A stretch of 63,882 nt of DNA from Okamejei kenojei (lineage: Eukaryota). The translations under genes and the position numbers were made by a program. Under the pieces are notes generated by a model. That model did no database searches. It had not been told where the DNA came from and saw only the letters and a program-made list of their open reading frames with translations. This document shows positions 55,283-63,882 of this stretch, piece after piece; positions within the stretch are counted from its first letter, which is position 1, and each line of letters begins with the position of its first letter. The stretch lies in the NCBI GenBank assembly GCA_035221665.1, contig CM069137.1, positions 38,502,001-38,565,882 of the forward strand, given 5' to 3'.

Positions 55283-56469
55283 GAGACAGTATATCTGTTT
55301 TTTTTTACATATTTGTTTTGGGAATTTGAATTTCATACTAGTATTTTCATTATTTTGTTGCCCTTGAGTGTTTCTTGAATGTTTCCTGAATGCCATTGAT
55401 GGGATTACTGAAAATGCATTCTAGAAACATAGTACTTTCACTTGCAGAAGCAGTTTATCCAGAGCCTCCACGAGCCATCATGCTCCATTGTTTGGTAACC
55501 AACAAGCGTAAGTGGGACCTTCACCAGTGGAAGATTTTCCTCATTATAATAAAAAGGTATTATTATTCTCACTGGATAATGATGTTTAGTTCAGCTGAGT
55601 GCACCAGTACATGCTGCGCAATATTAAGTAATCTGAAATTCCTTTCTCTATTACTTTAATATGTGAACCTCTGCATTAAAGTTGTGGGAAGGGCAATTTC
55701 ATGTGAACATGGTCAAATTCCATAGCATGATTTCCTCTTAAAAGTAAATTAAAGATTTGATTTCAAAGTTTATTTGAAAGATCTGTAAAGCAAACCACAA
55801 AATTATAATAAATTTAATTATAATAAGTTTTCTGTTGCCTCAGAAGAAATAGAAGTTGTAAATTGTTTGCATTTTCATTATAACATTGCTGGAGCATTAG
55901 TTACATGATCAGACCTTCACATCTTTCCTATATAACTTGGGGGTTTGTAATGAATAATCATTATTACTCTCAGATTTGAAGAAATTGTTTAATTACATCT
56001 TCATCTACAAAACATATTCCTAATTTTCATGTAAATTGTAAATTGAATGAATTTGGATGAGCAGTCATGTCAATGTCAACAAAGGGAAATTTACTTTCGA
56101 GCACAGCATGTTTAGTGCACACTCGATCAGTTTTTATTTGTGTAATTTAGTGCGAAAAATATGAAGTATTGTTTGTAAGATTGTAAACAAATCTTAAAAA
56201 TTGGCTTGTTTTAGGACTAACAGGGATGGATGAAATTAAAATTACTTTAACCCTTAGTGTGAATTATCTTCCAAACATTTTCTTCTGTTCCTTTTCAATA
56301 AAAGACAGATGCTTAATTTTGGAACGTCTTTAAGGAAATAGAAGACTAACACAATGATTTTATTGAAATGATATAAAGTCTTGAATAATGGGGTTTATTG
56401 AAACTTCCATCTCCTGTGATATAATTTGCCTTTCATTGCTCAACTGTGATGTGGTTTGGAAGGGATTTC

Positions 56470-56493
56470 ACCCCCCCCCCCCCCCCCCCCCCC
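56470..56493 (+). repeat. Poly-C tract
   Basis: Near-pure C run. Confidence 0.9.
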
Positions 56494-56700
56494 ACCGAAG
56501 ATCCAAAGAGTTTCCTTTCAGAAATATTTTATTGGCATTATCCAAGACCAAATTGAACACCCTGTACGATTGGTTTGCATTTGGAATGTATATTTTAGTT
56601 GAAATGTAATGTTGTTAGGTTGGATCAGGCTTCAATGGGGACAGCAATTCCCTGATGACTAGAAAGGCAGCTAGTAAGAATTTATAATACATCATTTATG

Positions 56701-56735
56701 TATTATTATTATTATTATTGTTATTATTATTATTA
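56701..56735 (+). repeat. (TAT)n microsatellite
   Basis: Imperfect trinucleotide repeat. Confidence 0.9.
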
Positions 56736-57550
56736 TGCTTACCTCATCATGCACAAATTTCCTATTCTAAGTTTATTTACTTTCCATATACAGGAATTTA
56801 ATTTTTGCAACGACTTTGAATATGAAGGAGATGGTGAAGTAATTGTGAAACATTTGGGCCCCTATTTTGTATTTGGGATAGAAGGACCATTGTTCCACTG
56901 ATTTTGCATCCATTCAAGTTGAACTTACAAATGCGATGAATTTTAAGTGCAATGATATAAAGAATTACAATGCAAAACTATTGCCATTTCCTCTTTAATT
57001 TCAATGTTACCCAATGCAGTTTAGGGATGGGAACATTTAGATTATTATATCTTAATATTTTCCGTTTTTATCATTTAGAAGAGACCTAGAATTTTGCATT
57101 CTCCAAAAGAAAAAAAAAAATTTAGATTTACCCCCCCCCTCCCTCTCCTTCCCTCCTTATTTTGCTGTAAATGACTTTTGTTTTACACAAGGTTCTTCTG
57201 GTTCTCTGGACCAAATTAACAAAATATTATAGGGATCTTAATGCTCAATAATGTCCTTTTGCACACATTTTGCAAATGTATAAATTGTGTGTTATAATTA
57301 CAATTGTTAATTTGTTTTGAGCTCTTACCAGTTTGAAGTTTGATCTTTATTTTATGAGGACTTACGATGAGGGAATACGTGAAGAACCCCGTACAGCCGT
57401 TGGTGCATCAATCTTCAAAGCAGCGGAGTGAAATCACAGGTAATAATGACTGAAGTATAATAGTAAGATAACAAAGACTAGAACCAGCAGATGACATTTA
57501 TGAGGGTTGGGAGTGGAGGGCACGTAACAAACAATAACAACCCCTCTAAC

Positions 57551-58534
57551 TCAGGGGGAAACTATAACATAACTCAAAACAGAATCAGCAAACACCCCCA
57601 ACCTTGTAATTGGCTTATGGTAAAATGTTTGGAAGGTCAGCTCACTGAACCATCCTGCGGCCGCAAGGATATGGTCTATTGGCACGTCCATCGCCCCTGC
57701 TGCGGAAGTTGATGCCGCTCTGGTGGAATGAGATTTGAATTTATCAGTATCAATCCCAGCACTTCCCAGAACCTTCTTTAGCCACCTTGAAATTGTTTGC
57801 ACCGACACCTTACTGTGTGGTTTTTTGTGGCTAATAAATAATGCAAACTCTGTTCTGCGTAGGGCTCTAGTGGCCTCAATGTAACAAGACAAATGTGATA
57901 CTACACACAGGCCAGCATCTGTGGGGTATGAACACATTCTTACATCCTGTCATCCCCATTCTACTACGTTTGAGCAAATCATAGACATAAAAAGTAATGG
58001 CTTCTGCCGATACCTGCATTCTGTCTAGCCGTAGCTTTTGCAATGTTTGCACACGTTGGGCTGATACCAACGCCATAAGCATGACCACCTTCATGGTTTG
58101 GCTAGAGATAGGCTTGCAACAGGAGCCCACTGGCGAAGAAGCATAAGAACTTCACTCACATTCCAAATACCGGCATACCTGGGTTTAGGAGGATTAGAAT
58201 TGAAAACTCCCTTCATAAATCGAGAAACTAACGGATGTGTCCCTACTGAATACAACTCTGAACTCATGGGTAAACAAGAGGGCAGAGCACTTCTGGCTGT
58301 ATTGTTCGCACTATAGCTTAATTTTTGATCAAAATAAAGAGTGGACAAGAACTTCAGTATGTCTGAGATGCCTGCAGTTTGATATGAGATATTCTGCTGT
58401 AGAGAGAATACCTCCCACTTCCTTATCAAGGTGATGTACTGCTTCTGAGTACTATCCCTGCAGGCCGACGTGAGAACATCCACAGTACAATCAGACAGTC
58501 CTCTCCCCAGGTATGGCCTCCTTAAAATCTGCAA
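57551..58534 (-). pseudogene. Tyrosine recombinase of DIRS-B (frameshifted)
   Basis: Three consecutive ORF pieces carrying the R...HxxR...W...Y catalytic residues. Confidence 0.88.
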
Positions 58535-60514
58535 ATTAACAGTTCAATACGATCATGTAAAGGATGTTAATCGCCAGTTACTGGATCTACCAGTAGATTT
58601 TTATGTTTGAGAATAATCATGTGAGGCTGACTAGCCATTTGCAATGCGAGAGGGAACCATGGTGTGTAGGCTAATCTGGCACTACCAATACTCCTGAAGC
58701 AGAGTCCTGCTTGATTTCTTGCAAGCATCTACTGATGAGACAGAATGGAGGAAATGCATAAACAAACATTCCACCCCAATGCAGCGAGAATGCATCCACC
58801 GCTGCTGCATCAGCATCTGGTTCCCATGAAACATATCTGGGCAACTGATGGTTTAGTCTAGATGCAAACAAGTCAATATCTGGAATTCCACACTGAGCAA
58901 CCACTTGATTAAATATATCCTGATTTAACATCCATTCTATGTTATCATTGAATTGGTGTGACCTAATGTCAGCTACTGTGTTGAATCTGCCTGGTAAATA
59001 TATTGCTGAAAGCCAGATATTTTAGTCAATGCATCAGCTCCAGATCTGATTAGCCAGTCTATCACAAGACTGTGACTTGACTCCACCCATGTGGTTTACA
59101 TATGCCACTGCTGTAGTGTTGTAAATCTGAACCTGCACATGCAAGTCACTCCTGGCAGAGCAATAAGCTTTAAGCCAATACCAGGTTCCCAACAGCTCTA
59201 AATAATTGATCCCTCTTAATTGAAGAAGGGATGTTTCATCAGTATTTCATCTGCCTCCACAACTGGAAGACATATCTGTAGCACCCCAACCCAGCGCACT
59301 GACATCCGTCTGTAATATTATGGAAGGTGGTTCCATCAAAACCTTGCTAGAGCTTTTTGAAACATTTATGATCCAGCATTGAATTTCTGAAATTGCCCCA
59401 GCTGACAATTGCATAGACCTATCAAAATGACCTGCTTGTGTCCTCAGTGCCTATTCTTTTGCTTGTTGTAATTGTTGATAATGCAGAGGTCCATACTGCA
59501 CAGCTGGAAAAGCAGCCACCAGTTTACCAATTAAACTGGCTACTTGTCTAATTGAAGGTCGTTGTTCACTAAGGAGATTAACACAATCCTCAATTAACTG
59601 CTGGCATTTGTCCCTAGGCAAAGTTACTAACATGTGATTTGAATTAATGGTAAAGCCCAAATAATCAATAATTTGAACTGGTGATAATTTGGATTTATCT
59701 GGATGAATGACGAACCCTAATTGTTCAAAAGTAAGTTTAACAATTGAAACAGATGATTCAGCTACAGCCCGAGTCTTCCCAACAATTAAAATATCGTCTA
59801 AGTAGGCCATTACAACATGCCCCTAAGCTCGGAGTAATGCTAGAACAGGTTTTAACAATTTAGTAAATAATCTAGGAGCAGAAGTTAACCCATTAGGCAA
59901 TGCTTTGAATTGCCACAACTGACTCATCCAGATAAATTTTAAATACCTCCTATCATCACCATGAATAGACACTGAGTAATATGCATCCTTTAAATCAATG
60001 CTGGACATATAAAATCCTTTGGAAACCAGATGTTTAGCCGTAGGAAAGGTTTCCATTTTGAAATGCCTATAGCAAACAAAGGAGTTCAAACTCGTCAGGT
60101 CCCGACGCCAGCAATGGAGCTAGCGACCCCGTACCCGCTGCCTGTGAGCAGCGTAGCCATGCCGATGATTCTACATCCCCCAGTCTTTTTAGACCTAGGA
60201 AAAATACTTCACAGAAACTGAAGATTTTGACGAACTGACTTCTCAATAACCCCTTTTTTGTGTAAAGTGTTAAGTTCTGCTTGTATGAGCACATTTTCTT
60301 CTTCTGAAAATATACGTTTCTGACTTGGAACATGCTGATTAGGTGGACACGCGGTAGAGTAAAATTCAATTTTAACCCCCTCTATACTGCTCAGTATAAA
60401 TGAATCTGATGTTATCTCCTGCCATTGTTTCAGAGACAAGTGTAATCTGCCTCCAATTTGAACATCTATTTCACTTGATTCATTCTCTTTAAGAGGGATT
60501 TTTCTCACCTGCAT
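58522..60514 (-). pseudogene. RT-RNase H-methyltransferase ORF of DIRS-B (disrupted)
   Basis: Starts MQVRK...IGGRL..W; contains YLDD; ends LLICRF*. Confidence 0.88.
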
Positions 60515-61626
60515 ACGTCCTGGCTGCCCTTGTTGCCCCCAGCCATTTGTAGGGAAAGTCATCCTTCCCCTCACGCCTGTGGCAGGCTGCCAGCTCCGAG
60601 ACTGCGAAGCTGAGTGGCTGGTCCCTTCCCCGGCGTCCGAACTGGTACCCCGGGAAGGAAAAATCCTCTTTCCTTGTTTGCCACCCAGCTTGATGAGGCC
60701 CATAGTTTTAGCATCCTCATGAAGCTCTAACTCACTTGGCGAGATCTACTCCAAATAAAAGATTGGGCGGTTGTAGGCTGGGCGGTTTACACAAAGATGC
60801 CAGATTGGGATTAATAACTGGCCGAATAGCACTTCGTCTGATATTATTGATTTCAAAATAAGCACTACGCAGATGTCCCAGTGCATCTTGATGGGCTTCC
60901 GACATATGCCCCTTGTCTACTGTAATGGCAAATGCCGTAATCCCTGCTGAAAGTAATTTCAATACCTTTTGGAATTTTAATTCTTGGGCTCTTGCTGACA
61001 CCCCCAACTGTGTCCATATGAGATGGTTTACCATAGGTACCTTTAGTAAACCGCAATTGATAGGGGCTTCATACTTTTTAGCCACCTCATCCATGGTCAA
61101 TTCCTGCAGCTGGTGAGAGAGCGTATATTGGATGGCTGATGCCAATTCATCCCCTAACGGTTCTCTTGCCTCTCTTGGCACTGCAAATGCCTCTGCTATA
61201 TTTGGGATAATTTCAAGTTCCACTCCCTTGTGGCTCTCCCCAGCCACTGACTCGGCGTAAGTACACAGCACCGGTATACCCTCCTCCTCAAAGGTTGGGT
61301 ATTCTTGCAGCCCTATTATAGATGCTGCGAGCACAGGCTCTCCACTAGCCTGCCGTGGGCACCACTCCTCCTCACGGAGTTCGTCCCTGTCGAGCATCTT
61401 CTGCAATAAGACCTCGACCTGGGAGAGCCGTGAGCAAACAGTCTCTCCTTTTGAGGATAAAACCTCCAGACCCGACTCTGGGTCCATGGGCCTAATTGAT
61501 TTTACAGTAGACTTATGCCCTACCGGCATGGCTACGCTGCTCACAGGCAGGGGTACGGTGTCGCTAGCTCCATTGCTGGCGTCGGACTTGGTGTGCTAAG
61601 TGGACCACCGCTAATACTATCCTGGT

Positions 61627-61755
61627 ATCTGAAGAAGGGTTTTAGCCCGAAACGTCACCTATCTCCTTCGCTCCATAGATGCTGCTGCACCTGCTGAGTT
61701 TCTCCAGCATTTTGTGTACCCTCGATTTTCCAGCATCTGCAGTTCTTTCTTTAAC
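61627..61755 (+). mobile_element. ~130-bp hammerhead-core SINE-like element, copy 2, inserted in DIRS-B gag
   Basis: CTGAAGA-A-GGGT-TTTA-GCCC-GAAACGTC. 13-bp TSD ATACTATCCTGGT at 61614-61626 and 61756-61768. Confidence 0.85.
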
Positions 61756-62699
61756 ATACTATCCTGGTCATCGACCCTTTTTGCAGCGGATCGCCTTGCC
61801 GACACCTTCTTCACTTTCTGTAACATTTCTAACGGTGTATCCACTACCGCTGCAACAGAAAATGAATGCAAGAAAAGTTTGAAAACTTACCTTGTGTTTT
61901 AAACTTACCGCTTGGAGGAGCTCTGCTGCTCCAACAGGCCGACTACACCAATGCGTCTGACGTAATGACGCACCAATGGCTGTACGTGGTTCTTCACGTA
62001 GTCACTCATGTGACTCCAAAGTAAAATCTGAATTTCTATAATGAAACATGAAATAATATAGTGCCAAGCAATGAATACATTGTGTGCTAATTTTTCTAAC
62101 AGTTCCTTCCTGTACTTTAGGCTTGCTTACGATATGTAGTTATTGCAAATCCAGAGTCCAGAAAATGAACTGTTAACTACAGGCACCTATTTGGGTGTCA
62201 ATAACAACACTTCTAAATGTCAAGAATAAAAATTGCAAAATAAGTTGCAGAATATAATAGTTTTACCATAAGACAAATCACAGATTTAAAAATAGTTGTC
62301 TAAATATAGCTCTAAATTTCTGGTATATCTGTTTGTGAATTAGGCATGAAAACGAATGGCACCTATAACATGAACTGTAGATTCCTCCTGTAGATGGCAA
62401 CAAAATACTGTTGTCTATTCAAGACAGCCTCTGCTGAAAGCAACTGTGCATTTACTCCTGTTATTGTTTATCAGCAAAAGCTTTTCATGAATGCACCTGA
62501 TTATGTTGTATCTGTACACATTGATAGCAAATGTAAACTACATTAAATTAATTATCTTTTGCTGTTTTGATTCATCCTTGTAGTCATTATTGAACTCATT
62601 TTAATCAATTCTGTGATCACTCATTTTCTCATTAATTCTTCTCAAAGGCTTGCCTCAAAAGTATAAGAAAAGTTGATATTTATATATTTAACTATTGCA

Positions 62700-63395
62700 G
62701 ATTTACAAGTGGCTGATTTAAATTGAGGGGTCAGAATTTCGGAGAACTCGGCCAGAATCGGAGCATACCCACCGTCCGCATCAGACACTGACCTGAGATA
62801 CGGGCTGGAGGAAACCGCTGGCCGCGGTGATGCGTGCTGGAGGGACTCGGGAGGAATGAGGCACTGGCCCTGCACATCAACCAGTCGGGAATAGGCCCAT
62901 AAGAAATCGGCGCCTAGCAACGGCTGGGTGACGTCCGTGATAGTAAACGGCCATGTGTAATGGCGGGAGCCGAAAACTAGGGGAATGGTGTGAGTGCCAT
63001 ACGTGCAGATGGGGCTGCCATTGATGGTGGTCAGGGTGGGGCCTCGCTTACCAGAACGGGTATCAACCCCGGATGGTGGTAAGATGCTGAGCTCGGCCCC
63101 GGTGTCCACTAGGAATCTGAGGCCGGAATGGCAGTCCCAGATGTAGAGGTGATGTTTCTGGCCGACCGCGATAACCTCTACTGACGATCGTCCAAGGCAT
63201 TTTCCCGATGTGAGAAGGGAGCGTGACATCGGCGGGCCTCCGTACCCAGCGTTGGTTGTAGTAACACCACTGGCGCTTACTGTGATCCGCAGTGGTCGAT
63301 TGCGGTGTGGCGCTGTCAGTCGATCTGGGTTCAAAATTAACTGTTGCCCGGGTGCCAGTGGCCATCTAAAGTTCCGCCTGGCAACCTAAATGCCG
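62700..63395 (-). mobile_element. Gypsy-type LTR retrotransposon gag/protease fragment
   Basis: Aspartic protease FLVDTGAELSILP...LLGADFL; upstream WCYY..RW knuckle remnant. Confidence 0.85.
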
Positions 63396-63411
63396 AGTCA
63401 TTTTGCCTGGC

Positions 63412-63513
63412 ACTGCAGATACTGGATTATACCGAAGATAGATACAAAAAACTGGAGTAACTCAGCGGGTCACGCAGCATCTCTGGAGAAAAGGAACGTG
63501 ACGTTTCAAGTCG
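63412..63513 (-). mobile_element. Hammerhead-core SINE-like element, copy 3 (5'-truncated)
   Basis: Minus strand reads CGACTTGAAACGTCAC...CTCCAGAGATGCTGC..ACCCGCTGAGTTACTCCAG...TATCTTCGGT...ATCTGCAG, matching copy 1. Confidence 0.75.
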
Positions 63514-63882
63514 GTGGCGTCTGTAGTGCGGGGCAAAGATACTTGGTGCGGGGTGACGGGGGGCCGAAGCATATGACGGGCCCCGCACAGCAGCAGCGGC
63601 AGTGACAGCGGCTCCACCGCCACCTCCTCCCTCACCTCGCCCGCCCGCCCTGATAGCGGCCGCTGCTTGCCACTGCTCCAACCGTGATAACCGTTTCAAA
63701 ACAAACCCTCCCACACGCCGAGGCTGGGAGGAGGGAGGGAGGGAGGGAGGGAGACACCCCCCTTCCACCGTCTGAAGCACCTGCACCGCTCTGCCGCGAA
63801 CCTTCCTGTTGGCTGGCGGAGGAGGGGTGGCGTTGGCGGTGGACAGGGACGGCCAAGGCAGCGTGGCGATGATGTTGGTATT

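Larger units (their letters stand above)
57324..62026 (-). mobile_element. DIRS1-like retrotransposon, copy B (distinct family, decayed)
   Basis: gag 61826-~60515. RT (IDLKDAY, LPNGL.SAPR.FTK, YLDD). RNase H. MT (DLFAS..AVDAF..YAFPPF). YR (SAQRV; HSTRAAS; GW; FY). 35-bp inverted repeats at 57376-57410 and 61966-62000. Termini nearly identical to copy A. Confidence 0.93.

Noticed and set aside
56698-56901. Poly-Tyr ORF
   Set aside because: Translation of a (TAT)n microsatellite.
63427-63882. GC-rich ORFs at the window end
   Set aside because: Low complexity, open on both strands and adjacent to TE fragments; cannot be classified without downstream sequence.

Overview
Vertebrate genomic DNA, most likely from a cartilaginous fish (skate/ray/shark; inferred from the HE1-type V-SINE and CR1 repeat content). 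The only host gene I can support is engrailed-1 (en1) on the minus strand: two coding exons (27954-27450 and 24831-24512) giving 274 aa. It lies in a ~22-kb CpG-retaining, almost TE-free domain with several candidate enhancers. The flanks hold decayed mobile elements: several CR1 LINEs, a V-SINE, a HERO-type LINE fragment, a Tigger-like MITE, a Gypsy gag-protease fragment and two near-complete DIRS1-like tyrosine-recombinase retrotransposons, one nested in a CR1. The main points of interest are three. (1) Both DIRS copies carry positionally conserved splice signals suggesting that the ATG-less recombinase is expressed by splicing out the whole RT/RNaseH/MT ORF. (2) A ~130-bp SINE-like element begins with a minimal hammerhead-ribozyme core and occurs in 3-4 copies, one with a 13-bp TSD. 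(3) The DIRS circle junction and integration site can be read directly from the sequence. All calls were made by eye; no searches were run.
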